Source: Candidatus Omnitrophota bacterium
GTDB taxonomy: Bacteria; Omnitrophota; Gorgyraeia; Zapsychrales; JAHFFX01
Direction: 5' to 3'
Assembly: GCA_023247705.1 (NCBI GenBank)
Contig: JAHFFY010000005.1
Span: forward strand, 1 to 48,223
DNA: 48,223 nt
Numbering within the stretch: the stretch's first letter is position 1; each line of letters starts with the position of its first letter. The notes under the pieces were generated by a model. That model was not told the origin of the DNA. It did not search any database and saw only the letters and a program-made list of their open reading frames with translations. This document shows, piece after piece, positions 18,107-27,289 of this stretch. A program made the translations under genes and the position numbers.

Positions 18107-19419
18107 GATCTTTTCCAATTATCTCTGAACCACTGAATGATGTCGTCCGATTCGTACAGAGGCTTTCCATCAATGAGCAAACAAGGGACTTGGGGGCTGC
18201 CGCTAATTTTGATGAGTTCTTCGCGGTTATGCGGATTAGTACGGATGTCTTTGGTTTGAATGACGATTTTGTTTTGGGCCAGATAATCTCGGACGCGTGC
18301 GCAGAAAGGACAACCTAAGAAATGGTATAACGTAAGTTGGTGTTTCATTTGCGGTGCTTGTTTTTTTTCAGCATCCGGTTTTTTCTCGGATTCCTGTGTT
18401 CTCTCTAAGGATTTTTCAACCATGATATCAGCGCTTCTGTTTTGCTCTAGGAATTTTTCAAAGGGTATGTCCGGATTTTTATGCTGGTGCACTAATTTTT
18501 CAACAAAGGCGATCACGTCCATTTCCAGGGTTTTATTATAAAGCACGTTCATTTCCTGAAGACAGGTGGGGGAGGTGACATTGACTTCAATCAGACAGTG
18601 TCCGATAATATCGATCCCGACGAAATAAAGTCCGAGTCGTTGCAGATGGGGCCGAAGCACGCTGACGATTTCCAGATCACGCTTGGTGATTTCGGCGGAC
18701 ATGGGTGTCCCGCCCGCGAACAGGTTGTTGCGGTGATCGTCCTGCGAATGGAGTCGGATGATCGTGCCCAGGACATCGCCGTTTAGAAGTAAAATCCGTT
18801 TGTCGCCGTTTTGAGATTCCGGTAAATATTTCTGGAGGATGACGTCTTTGCGCCAGCGTTGGGTCAGCGTTTCAAGGATGACCTGCGCGTTTTTGTCCCG
18901 AAGGTTGATATGAAAAACCCCGACGCCTCCGAATCCGTCGGTTGGTTTGGCAACAATGTCTTTGTGCAAGGAAAGGAAATCCAGCAGCGCGGCAGATTTG
19001 CGTCCGATCAAAGTTGGCGGAACGAGTTGGGTGAATTGGGCCGCCCAGACTTTTTCGTTGACGGTGCGAAGCCCATGAGGGCTATTAATGACTGGAATAT
19101 TTTTCGGCAACCGGTCCAATAACCAGGTATTTAATAAGTATTGTGGATCGAATGGGGGATCATTGCGGACAAAGACCGCGTCGATTTTATTTTGATCAAG
19201 AACCACCGGGGTCCGTTGGGCAAAAGGGTTTTGGGCGTTCTTCTCCGGGATGACCGCGAGGGCGTGAAAGATCAATTCGCCGTCCTTTAAAAGGATATCA
19301 CCATCGGTTACAAAAAAGATTTTATGCCCGCGCTGGTGCGCGCCCCACATGAAGATAAAGGAAGTGTCTTTGTCCATGACGACCGTATCCAATGGATCCA
19401 TCAAAAACAAGAAATTCAT
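18103..19419 (-). CDS. gshB: glutathione synthetase (ATP-grasp GshB) fused to a C-terminal glutaredoxin-like domain
   Basis: The N-terminal ~315 aa are typical bacterial GshB (MNFLFLMDPLDTVVMDKDTSF...). After a charged linker comes LTLYHFLGCPFCARVRDYL...VPCLLIDGKPLYESDDI, a thioredoxin-fold CPFC glutaredoxin. Confidence 0.85.
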   Translation of the reverse strand: MNFLFLMDPLDTVVMDKDTSFIFMWGAHQRGHKIFFVTDGDILLKDGELIFHALAVIPEKNAQNPFAQRTPVVLDQNKIDAVFVRNDPPFDPQYLLNTWLLDRLPKNIPVINSPHGLRTVNEKVWAAQFTQLVPPTLIGRKSAALLDFLSLHKDIVAKPTDGFGGVGVFHINLRDKNAQVILETLTQRWRKDVILQKYLPESQNGDKRILLLNGDVLGTIIRLHSQDDHRNNLFAGGTPMSAEITKRDLEIVSVLRPHLQRLGLYFVGIDIIGHCLIEVNVTSPTCLQEMNVLYNKTLEMDVIAFVEKLVHQHKNPDIPFEKFLEQNRSADIMVEKSLERTQESEKKPDAEKKQAPQMKHQLTLYHFLGCPFCARVRDYLAQNKIVIQTKDIRTNPHNREELIKISGSPQVPCLLIDGKPLYESDDIIQWFRDNWKRS

Positions 19420-20702
19420 TTGTTTGCTCTTTCTAGTTGAACAATTTCCCGGTGCGCGGCGATCCCGGCGATACGCGCCAGCATGCGGTAGATATCAAAG
19501 ATATTCATATTATGATGAACGCCGCAATCTCCGTATTTTTTTAAGTGAGGACACATTTTTTTAAAATCCATTCCTTGGGAATTTAAATTTTCCCGGGAAC
19601 CCTTCTTGGCGTGCGAACGGTAAAAACCGCCGACCAGATCATTATCGATTTGATAAATACAGACCTCGCTGACTTCATGGTTGATCGTATGGATCGTGGG
19701 AACGCCTTCCTGCAGCAAAAACCGTTCGATGACCTGGGCCCCTTTGCCTTTATATAATTTATTTTTATCTTTGCGGTTCAATTGGATCAGTTCCGCCGGA
19801 TCTTCGATCGGCATCACACCCATCCCGTAGGTCCCGGCATCGGCTTTGATAAAAATGAACGGTTTTTCTTCGATGGCGTGTTCCGTATATTTTTTTTGAA
19901 CCCTTTTGAATAAATCCGACGCCAAGTCCATCAATTTGACGCGGTCCTGTTCTACATTGATATTCACTTGATCGCTCACCGCGTAAAGCGCGGAGAATAA
20001 CCAGGGGTCTACTGCGATCGTCTTGGCGAATTCCGCAATGAGTTCGGCCGTGAATTTGAAATGGCTGGATTTGAGACGAGAATGCCATCCGGCCTGGATC
20101 GACGGATAAATCGGGATATTGGTTTCCTTAAGCACGTCCGGAATACCGGCGATCAAATCGTTGTTCATGATGATCAGATCGTAATGGGCGGTTTTTTCCT
20201 GAATGGATTTAAGGATCCGTTTAAAGCAATGAATCTGCACCGGTTGACCGGTCGCTGTTTCCAGTTGAACGAAACTGGCGTCTTCGCAAAAAGAGGGCTG
20301 GGCGTCCAAAAACGTCGCAATCTTCACATTGAAACCGGCTTGCGCGATGATCTGTTGCAGGATGCGGATGTTTTCCAGGTACCAGGTGTTTCGGGTATGT
20401 TCTTCGGGGACGATGAGGATGTCTTTACAGTTGGGAACGCGTTTTAAGATGGCCGGTTTGATAAATTTGACGGAGTCGGCCAATCCGTGTTCGCATAAAT
20501 TGTTGAATCCCGCCGGAAAAAGGTTGGTATCAACGACCGCGATTTTAAAACCCGCGTCGCGGATGTCCACGGAGGAATAAAGCGGCAATTCATTGCAGCA
20601 TTCTTTGCTGATCAGCCAGCGGTGGATTTCATCCTGACGGGATTTGATCCGTTCGATAAAGACGGGAGTGGAAAGACCTTTATGGAGATATCCGATACTC
20701 AT
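19416..20702 (-). CDS. gshA: probable glutamate--cysteine ligase (non-canonical small GshA family)
   Basis: ATGA overlap with gshB. ~428 aa from MSIGYLHKG. Resembles, from memory only, the Acidithiobacillus-type GshA family. The track ORF extension to 20849 overlaps the upstream gene and is rejected. Confidence 0.5.
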   Translation of the reverse strand: MSIGYLHKGLSTPVFIERIKSRQDEIHRWLISKECCNELPLYSSVDIRDAGFKIAVVDTNLFPAGFNNLCEHGLADSVKFIKPAILKRVPNCKDILIVPEEHTRNTWYLENIRILQQIIAQAGFNVKIATFLDAQPSFCEDASFVQLETATGQPVQIHCFKRILKSIQEKTAHYDLIIMNNDLIAGIPDVLKETNIPIYPSIQAGWHSRLKSSHFKFTAELIAEFAKTIAVDPWLFSALYAVSDQVNINVEQDRVKLMDLASDLFKRVQKKYTEHAIEEKPFIFIKADAGTYGMGVMPIEDPAELIQLNRKDKNKLYKGKGAQVIERFLLQEGVPTIHTINHEVSEVCIYQIDNDLVGGFYRSHAKKGSRENLNSQGMDFKKMCPHLKKYGDCGVHHNMNIFDIYRMLARIAGIAAHREIVQLERANK

Positions 20703-20712
20703 ACGGCCTCGA

Positions 20713-21468
20713 CTATTGTTTTTTGATATTGGCTTCCTTGGCCATCCCCACCATAGCCTGACGGACAGCCTCCAGCGTAAAACAGGGAGACGGAAAATGG
20801 AAATAGAGATCTTCGATTTCGGTGCGGACCTGAAATCCGTCCGGATCAACAGAGATTAACTGAGCGTGTTCGCGCGTTAATCGAACGTAATACCGGCAAT
20901 AATTTAACAAAGCGTCCTGGTGGTCTTGGTTCATGTGCTCAATGATGGCGTGTTCCACCTGGGGCAAGCTGGACTTTGGTAAAAGGAATTCCTCTTTTTC
21001 GATCCAGAAAATTTTGGCAAACCCTTCAATGTATCGGATGCGAACCGGTTCAATCTGAAAATAAACGAAGTCATGGGCTTGAAAATAAGACCGGGCTTCG
21101 GGAAAGATCCTCAGAAAACGGTCTTGGGTATATGGTAATTCAGTTTTCGTGACTTTAACTGCCTGACCGATCAAAGAAACCCTGGCGCCGTTCAGACGAT
21201 GGCGTTTGGATTCTTCCATGACGGTTAAACAAACACGATTATTGCGCAGGATATTTTTTGTGTGCTGGGCGATTAGGCTGATCAGAATAACAGGAACACC
21301 TTCAGGATTCAGCATGTAAGGACAGACCGATCCAAACGGATAATCCGGACAATCGACGGAGAGCGTGGAGAGGATTCCGTTCTGGTTTTGTCTTAAGAAA
21401 AGCCGCGCTGCTTTGGCTGTTTCGGTCGGGTTGGTCATTTTTAAATCATTTCCAATGTGCATGTACAA
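20713..21468 (-). CDS. pyridoxamine 5'-phosphate oxidase-fold protein, HugZ/DUF2470-like
   Basis: N-terminal split-barrel pattern (ILSTLS...PFGSVCPYMLN...VILISLIAQHTKNI) plus a C-terminal domain with HMNQDHQDAL. An alternative start is at 21438. Confidence 0.55.
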   Translation of the reverse strand: MYMHIGNDLKMTNPTETAKAARLFLRQNQNGILSTLSVDCPDYPFGSVCPYMLNPEGVPVILISLIAQHTKNILRNNRVCLTVMEESKRHRLNGARVSLIGQAVKVTKTELPYTQDRFLRIFPEARSYFQAHDFVYFQIEPVRIRYIEGFAKIFWIEKEEFLLPKSSLPQVEHAIIEHMNQDHQDALLNYCRYYVRLTREHAQLISVDPDGFQVRTEIEDLYFHFPSPCFTLEAVRQAMVGMAKEANIKKQ

Positions 21469-21540
21469 GTTTATTTCGCAATTGATTCCATGAGGGAATT
21501 ATTATGCCTGAAAGTCGTTGAAATGTCGAGGCTAAATTCT

Positions 21541-22791
21541 TCAAGCAGGTTTCTTATTTAATAAATGTTTGACAATGACACAGCCAATCGCATCTCCTTG
21601 AACATTGACGACCGTTCGAATGGTGTCCAGAAATCGATCGATGGGAATGAGGAGCACAATCGCCTCGGTCGGCAGTCCGACCGATTGCAGCACCATGAGC
21701 ATGGTCACCATCCCGGCACTGGGAATTCCCGGCGCGCCGATCGAAGCCAGGATCGCCATGAGAAAGACAATGATTTGCTGGAGAAGGTTTAAATCAATGC
21801 CCAGTACATTGGCCACAAAGATCGCGGCGATTGCTTCATACAAAGCGGTCCCGTCCATATTGACCGTCGCGCCCAAGGGCAGGATAAAACCGTAGATTTC
21901 CTTTTCGACCCTCAAATTATTTTCGACGCACTGCATTGTCACGGGCAAGGTCGCGGAACTGGAACTGGTGGAGAACGCCGTCAGCAACGATTCCTTCATG
22001 CCGGAAAAGAAGGTCACCGGCGTCATTCGGGTGATTAAATAGAGAACCAGAGGGAGCGTCACGATTCCGTGAAAAAGCGTTCCGCCGGCCACCACACTGA
22101 TAAATCCTCCCGTGGCAAATAAAAGATTAACATCTTGAGTTGCGGTCAATTTTAAAAGCAGGGCCATAATGCCGATCGGCGCGATTTCCATGATCCATCC
22201 GACTATGCGCATGATGATATCAAAGAGTTCATTGAATACCTTCTGGACCGTCTGGCTTTTGTTGCCGCCGCTAATCAATCCGATCCCCAAAAAGACGGCA
22301 AAGACAATCACCGGAATAATTTTTCCATCGGCCATGGCTCTGAACGGGTTCATGAATAATTCTGAGAAGAAACTCTGGATGAACTGCGGCAAGGTGATGT
22401 TTTGAACATTCAATTGAGCGCTTGTTTCTTTAAACATCTCCAGTTGAACGCCGTGCCCGGGTTTGAAAATATTAACGATCAAAAGTCCCAGAAAAGAAGC
22501 TAAGGAGGTGGTGACTAAAAAATAAATGAGCGTATATTTCCAGATCCGGTGCATGTTGGGTTGCGCTTTTAAATTGGAGATGCCCAGCGTAATCGAAAGG
22601 AAAATCAGCGGCATCAGGACCATTTTTAAAAGATTGATAAATATCCCGCCGGCCAGATCGCACAGATAGAATATCCAGTGGCTGGAGGGAAAGAGTTCTT
22701 TGTTGACGTTCAAAAAGATCCACGCCGTAATTCCCAGCAGAACACCGATGGCAATTCTTTTGTTTAAGGATGATTTCATGGTTTTTATCAA
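21541..22791 (-). CDS. dicarboxylate/amino acid:cation symporter (DAACS family)
   Basis: 416 aa polytopic protein with SSSATLP and NMDGTALYE hallmark hairpin motifs of GltP/TcyP-type transporters. Confidence 0.8.
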   Translation of the reverse strand: MIKTMKSSLNKRIAIGVLLGITAWIFLNVNKELFPSSHWIFYLCDLAGGIFINLLKMVLMPLIFLSITLGISNLKAQPNMHRIWKYTLIYFLVTTSLASFLGLLIVNIFKPGHGVQLEMFKETSAQLNVQNITLPQFIQSFFSELFMNPFRAMADGKIIPVIVFAVFLGIGLISGGNKSQTVQKVFNELFDIIMRIVGWIMEIAPIGIMALLLKLTATQDVNLLFATGGFISVVAGGTLFHGIVTLPLVLYLITRMTPVTFFSGMKESLLTAFSTSSSSATLPVTMQCVENNLRVEKEIYGFILPLGATVNMDGTALYEAIAAIFVANVLGIDLNLLQQIIVFLMAILASIGAPGIPSAGMVTMLMVLQSVGLPTEAIVLLIPIDRFLDTIRTVVNVQGDAIGCVIVKHLLNKKPA

Positions 22792-22849
22792 TTCAATATT
22801 TGCTTTAGATTTTAAAATCCATTAGAATGTGACCCAATCAGGTGAATTC

Positions 22850-23143
22850 ATGAAAGATATTGCTCAAAAAATTTATACCCTACTCAAAATGGAACTTCGT
22901 GCGCAGGAGGTCTTGGTGATCGATGAAAGCCATCGTCACGCCGGCCATGCGCAAGCACTCCGATCAGGAAAAGGCCATTATATCGTCACAGTTGTGTCTG
23001 ATTTATTCAAGGGTGTTAAATCCGTCGACCGCCACCGGATGATTCACAAAGTCCTTGAGAAAGAGTTTGCAACCGACATCCATGCCCTGGCCATCAAGGC
23101 GTATTCCATCGATGAGTATCAGTTTAAGGATCAAAATTTGTAA
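22850..23143 (+). CDS. BolA family protein
   Basis: DESHRHAGH motif, SVDRHRMIHKVL. ATG at 22850 preceded by AGGTGA (the track GTG at 22829 is less likely). Confidence 0.7.
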   Translation: MKDIAQKIYTLLKMELRAQEVLVIDESHRHAGHAQALRSGKGHYIVTVVSDLFKGVKSVDRHRMIHKVLEKEFATDIHALAIKAYSIDEYQFKDQNL

Positions 23144-23831
23144 TTTGCGGCTGCGCGTAGCGGTCATCCTCCCACGGTTCGGCCGTATTGGAATAACCCC
23201 GTAATTCCCAAAATCCCAAACGGTCTTCTTTAAGAAACGTAATCCCTTTGATCCATTTGCTGCCTTTCCAGGCGTACTTCCGTGGCGTGATCATCCGGAC
23301 CGGCCCGCCGTGTTCTAAAGGCAGAGGCTGATTGTTCCAATGATGGACCAGAAGAACATCGTCATCAAGCGCTTCTTCCAGTTTGAGATTGGTCGAATAG
23401 TCGTCATAGCCCGTGACGTAAACAAACCGGGCGGTTTTTTTGAGTTTGGCTTTTTCAGCGAGAACTTTGAACTGGACGCCTGTCCATTTATTGTCCATCC
23501 GGCTCCAGGACGTGACGCAATGAAAATCAGAGGTATCGGTTAGCTGCGGAAGTTTTAGAAAATCGCCCCAGTTCAGGACATAAGGATTTTCGACCTCGCC
23601 GTTGACCTCGAGTTGCCATTGGCTTAAAGGAATATTGGGTTTAATGCCCAGGTCCAGGACCGGCCAGTTGGGCACGGTGTGTTGTCCTGGGGGAAGCTTG
23701 GGCATGCCGTGACGATTCGCCGGACCGCTGCCCTGGATTTGGCCCTGCGGTATTTTTCCACCGGAAAGCAAAGCCCGTTCGGATTTCTGGATTTTGGCTT
23801 TAATTAATTTTTTATTGAAATCTCCGGACAT
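23124..23831 (-). CDS. sulfite oxidase-like molybdopterin oxidoreductase (small cytoplasmic type)
   Basis: LPPGQHTVPNWPVLDLG...DFHCVTSWSRMDNKWTGV pattern of the Mo-cofactor binding domain. No signal peptide. The 3' end overlaps convergent bolA by 20 nt. Confidence 0.65.
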   Translation of the reverse strand: MSGDFNKKLIKAKIQKSERALLSGGKIPQGQIQGSGPANRHGMPKLPPGQHTVPNWPVLDLGIKPNIPLSQWQLEVNGEVENPYVLNWGDFLKLPQLTDTSDFHCVTSWSRMDNKWTGVQFKVLAEKAKLKKTARFVYVTGYDDYSTNLKLEEALDDDVLLVHHWNNQPLPLEHGGPVRMITPRKYAWKGSKWIKGITFLKEDRLGFWELRGYSNTAEPWEDDRYAQPQITNFDP

Positions 23832-23864
23832 AGAGGAAGAAAATCAACGGTCATGCGAACATGT

Positions 23865-24644
23865 TCAAGTTCTCAGTTTATATCCGATCTTAAACAGATA
23901 AACCGTCCAGCCAAAAATCGTCAGCGCCAGGACAAACGTGAAAATGACGCTGGTCAGAATAGGGCTGTCGGCAATCCCGGTGATGCTGTAACGCATACCG
24001 TTGACGAGATAATGCATGGGATTAAACTTGGCGATGATTTGTAACGAATTGGGAAGCATGGTCACGGGATGAAAAACGCCTCCTAAAAAAACAGTCGGCA
24101 CGATCAGATAAATATTCCAAAGGCTCAGCATCCCGAAATCTTCCGCCCACAAAGCCCCGATCATCCCGGCGCAGGAAAAGATCACCGCAATCGTGAGGAT
24201 AAAATATAACAGAAAGAAGGGATGAATGATGATCGTCGGGGTAAAGAAGATCGAGATAAAGAAGACACCCAGCGCGACGGTAAAACCCCGCGAGACGCCG
24301 CCGGCCAGCAACCCTAAAACCATTTCGAAATAAGACAGCGGTGAAAGCAGGATCTCCTGAACATGGTTATGCCAACGGGCAATAAATAAAGAGGAGCTGG
24401 TATTTTCGTATGAACTGGAGATCAGGTGCAAGGTCATCAATCCGGGGATAATAAACGTTAAATAACTTAGCCCGTGATCGGCGAAATTGATATGGTTGTT
24501 TAACGCGATCCCGAAGATATACATAAAAAGAGCCGAGGAAATCAGCGGAGGAAAAATAGTTTGGCTGGCCACAGAGAGAAACCGCAGAATTTCTCTTTTG
24601 GATAACGAGGCAACACCGATGGGATTACTGATCATGTTAATCAT
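23865..24644 (-). CDS. ABC-2 type transporter permease
   Basis: Six hydrophobic segments. Start MINMISNP overlaps the ATPase stop (ATGATTAA). The track extension to 24731 is rejected. Confidence 0.7.
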   Translation of the reverse strand: MINMISNPIGVASLSKREILRFLSVASQTIFPPLISSALFMYIFGIALNNHINFADHGLSYLTFIIPGLMTLHLISSSYENTSSSLFIARWHNHVQEILLSPLSYFEMVLGLLAGGVSRGFTVALGVFFISIFFTPTIIIHPFFLLYFILTIAVIFSCAGMIGALWAEDFGMLSLWNIYLIVPTVFLGGVFHPVTMLPNSLQIIAKFNPMHYLVNGMRYSITGIADSPILTSVIFTFVLALTIFGWTVYLFKIGYKLRT

Positions 24645-25368
24645 CGGGACCGGTGACCTCCAGGAAAACAGCTTCGAGAGATTTATCCTGTAAAATTTCT
24701 TTTTTATCTCCGATGCGCACGATGCGTCCATGATTGATGATGCCGATCGTCCGGCAGAGCTTTTCCGCTTCTTCCATATAATGGGTCGTCAAGAAAATCG
24801 TTTTGCCTTCCTTATTTAATTGAATCAGATAATCCCAAATCAGAAATTTCAGCTCCAGATCGCAACCGGCGGTGGGTTCGTCCAGAATAATAATTTCCGG
24901 ATCATGGATCAGTGCCCGGCAGAAGAGAAGCCGTTTTTTCATTCCGCTGGAAAGGGCCCGGTGTTTGGCGCTTCGTTTTTCGCCGAGTTGAAAACGTTCC
25001 AGCAACGCGTCCGCTCTTCTGGACGCCTCACCGGGAAGAATTCCGAAATAACCGGCTTGATAAACGAGCAATTGATGGATGGTCAGGAAAGGATCAAAAT
25101 TAAATTCCTGAGCGCAAAGCCCGACCAGGCGGCGTGAATGCAAATATTCCGCAGTCGTGTCATACCCGAACACTTGAATTCCTCCGGATTGATAATTGGA
25201 AAGACCGGTGACGACGTTGATCGTGGTCGTTTTTCCTGCGCCGTTGGGGCCAAGAAAAGCGAAGAAGTCACCGCGTTTCACTTCAAAAGAGACGTTATCC
25301 AGAGCTTGAAATTTTTGGTAAAACTTGGTGACGTTTTTTAAACTAATTGCGATTTCAGAATTTCGCAT
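24637..25368 (-). CDS. ABC transporter ATP-binding protein
   Basis: Walker A GPNGAGKTT, signature LSSGMKKRL, Walker B IIILDEP. Confidence 0.9.
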   Translation of the reverse strand: MRNSEIAISLKNVTKFYQKFQALDNVSFEVKRGDFFAFLGPNGAGKTTTINVVTGLSNYQSGGIQVFGYDTTAEYLHSRRLVGLCAQEFNFDPFLTIHQLLVYQAGYFGILPGEASRRADALLERFQLGEKRSAKHRALSSGMKKRLLFCRALIHDPEIIILDEPTAGCDLELKFLIWDYLIQLNKEGKTIFLTTHYMEEAEKLCRTIGIINHGRIVRIGDKKEILQDKSLEAVFLEVTGPDD

Positions 25369-25468
25369 GGATTTTATTATACGTTGGGTTAGGGGTTTGT
25401 CAATTCAGCTTTGATTTTTTAAGTAGAGAGCAAAGAGAAGAAAGTAGAGAGTCATGCGATCTTGAAAG

Positions 25469-25650
25469 CTAGTGCTTTGTCAATTTTGTTTTATTGAGTT
25501 TTTCCTTTCCAACTCTAAATCTCTCGCTTCCGACATCGATGATGGCGAGAGATTTAGAGTTTCGTTTAATAGAAAGAAACTCAATAATAGTTGATTTCCT
25601 TCAAAATATAGAGGGATCAACTATTAAAAACTAGTTTGACAAAGTACTAG
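25469..25650. mobile_element. MITE-like palindromic element, copy C (inverted relative to copy B, same nested inner element at 25494-25584)
   Basis: Near-identical reverse complement of 15718-15899 with a few substitutions. The inner element is again flanked by TA/TA. Confidence 0.6.
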
Positions 25651-25684
25651 TGCCTCACAATTATATTTCTCTCACCTCTTTTTT

Positions 25685-27073
25685 TTACTTGCTACGTTTT
25701 TCAAATTCTGCTTGCGCCTTGCGTGCGGCGTTGCGTACGATTTCCGGCAGGGCCGGATGGATGTAGATCATATTGAGCAGATCATCGAGCGTGCCGTCTT
25801 TGCTCATAAAGGCGATCGGCATGTGGATCATGTCAGAGGCCTCAGGTCCGATGATATGTGCGCCGAGGATGCGTCTGGTCTTTCGGTTGATGAGAATTTT
25901 TACGAAGCCGTGATCGGATCTCAGGGCCATTCCCATAGCACTGCTGGAATAGGGATTCAACCCGACCACGTAATCAATCTTTTCGTCTTTGAGTTCTTGC
26001 TCGGTTTTACCGACTCCGGCGACTTGCGGATAGGTAAAAATGGCGTGGGGCATGGGAGGATAACGGATCGGCTGGCGAGGTTTGTTTTCAAAAATAGTCC
26101 GCATGAGGTATTCCCCTTCAAAATTGACGCTGTGACGGTAAAAATATCGTCCGATACAATCGCCCAAAGCATAAATGCCTTTGACGGATGTTTCTAAATA
26201 TTCATCGACGTTTATAAAACCTTTGGGGTCGATTTTGATATCGGTTTTTTCCAATCCGAGCGCATCGGTATTGGGAACGATTCCGGTGGCGACCAGCAGG
26301 GCATCGGTGAGAATATCTTCAGTTGCACCTCGATCATTTTTATAATGAATATTAAAACGGCGGTTCGCGTATTCGACCGACTGGATGGATCCGCCTTGCC
26401 GGAGTTGATGGCGTTTGGAAAATATACGGGTGAATTCTTCCCGGACCTGCGCGTCTTCGTGACGCAGGAGTTGACTCCGGACAAAGAAAAAGGTTTTCGT
26501 CCCTAAGGCCCCGTAAGCATGTCCGAGTTCAACCGCGATATAACCGCCGCCCAAAACCGCCAACTTGCGCGGCAGCACGGTATTGCGCAAAGCCTCAGTG
26601 CTCGTCATAAAAGGTGTTCCAGCGAGTCCCGGGATGGAAGGGATCTGCGGCCGGCAGCCGACCGCGAGCACAATTTTGTCTGCGGTGATTTCCTGTCCAT
26701 CAACGCGAATGGTTTTATTCGTTAGAAATTTTCCTTCCTGACGGTAAAGAGTGATGTTGGGATTTTTATTGTAGCCAACGACGATTTTTTGGGAATCTTC
26801 ATCAACGGTGTGAGAAATTCGGGATATTAATTGATCAAAGTTCACCGTAAAATTCGGGTCAACGTTGATATCCAGTCTGTGCGCCTCCTTGATTTCGAGG
26901 GCCACATCGGCCGGATGGATCAGCATTTTGGATGGAATGCATCCCCGGTTGAGGCAGGTGCCTCCCAAAGCTGATTTTTCGAGGACAGCCACTTTCAAAC
27001 CCATTCGCGCCGCTGGAGAAACTATTTTGGCGCCGCCTCCGGAGCCGATGACAATGATATCGTACTTTTTCAT
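25685..27073 (-). CDS. class I pyridine nucleotide-disulfide oxidoreductase (glutathione/mycothione reductase or dihydrolipoyl dehydrogenase-like)
   Basis: MKKYDIIVIGSGGGAK FAD fold, redox-active GGTCLNRGCIPSK, C-terminal HPALPE. Start taken at 27073; the track extension to 27154 runs through a repeat. Confidence 0.8.
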   Translation of the reverse strand: MKKYDIIVIGSGGGAKIVSPAARMGLKVAVLEKSALGGTCLNRGCIPSKMLIHPADVALEIKEAHRLDINVDPNFTVNFDQLISRISHTVDEDSQKIVVGYNKNPNITLYRQEGKFLTNKTIRVDGQEITADKIVLAVGCRPQIPSIPGLAGTPFMTSTEALRNTVLPRKLAVLGGGYIAVELGHAYGALGTKTFFFVRSQLLRHEDAQVREEFTRIFSKRHQLRQGGSIQSVEYANRRFNIHYKNDRGATEDILTDALLVATGIVPNTDALGLEKTDIKIDPKGFINVDEYLETSVKGIYALGDCIGRYFYRHSVNFEGEYLMRTIFENKPRQPIRYPPMPHAIFTYPQVAGVGKTEQELKDEKIDYVVGLNPYSSSAMGMALRSDHGFVKILINRKTRRILGAHIIGPEASDMIHMPIAFMSKDGTLDDLLNMIYIHPALPEIVRNAARKAQAEFEKRSK

Positions 27074-27080
27074 GATTGAT

Positions 27081-27196
27081 AACGAGTTTGCGGGTTTTCG
27101 AGTTGGCGAATTTTGCGAGTTGGTTGGCCCGTTGCTCAACCGAGAGCGGTCCAACGGAAAACTCGTAGAACTCGTTAAACCCGCTAACTCGAAAAC
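27081..27196. repeat. inverted array of GCGrrTTTnnCGAGTT units (dusB-flanking repeat, downstream copy)
   Basis: Left arm GTTTTCGAGTTGGCGAATTTTGCGAGTT matches the reverse complement of right arm AACTCGTTAAACCCGCTAACTCGAAAAC (23 of 28 by eye). The arms surround GGTTGGCCCGTTGCTCAACCGAGAGCGGTCCAACGG. Confidence 0.35.
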
Positions 27197-27289
27197 TAAA
27201 TATATTTAACTTGGCACATTTTAGCAATAAGGGAAGGAAAAGCAAGTCTCTCAATGAAATTTAATTCTGATTTTGTGATGCCCGTCAGG

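Noticed and set aside
20703-20849. 5' extension of the gshA-like ORF (track start 20849).
   Set aside because: It overlaps the 3' end of the upstream HugZ-like gene by more than 130 nt. It translates to a W/R-rich peptide. The ATG at 20702 leaves a clean 10-nt gap.
27074-27154. 5' extension of the disulfide reductase ORF (track start 27154).
   Set aside because: The FAD-binding fold begins at MKKYDIIVIGSGGG (27073). The extension runs through the inverted repeat array and encodes a polar, low-complexity peptide.
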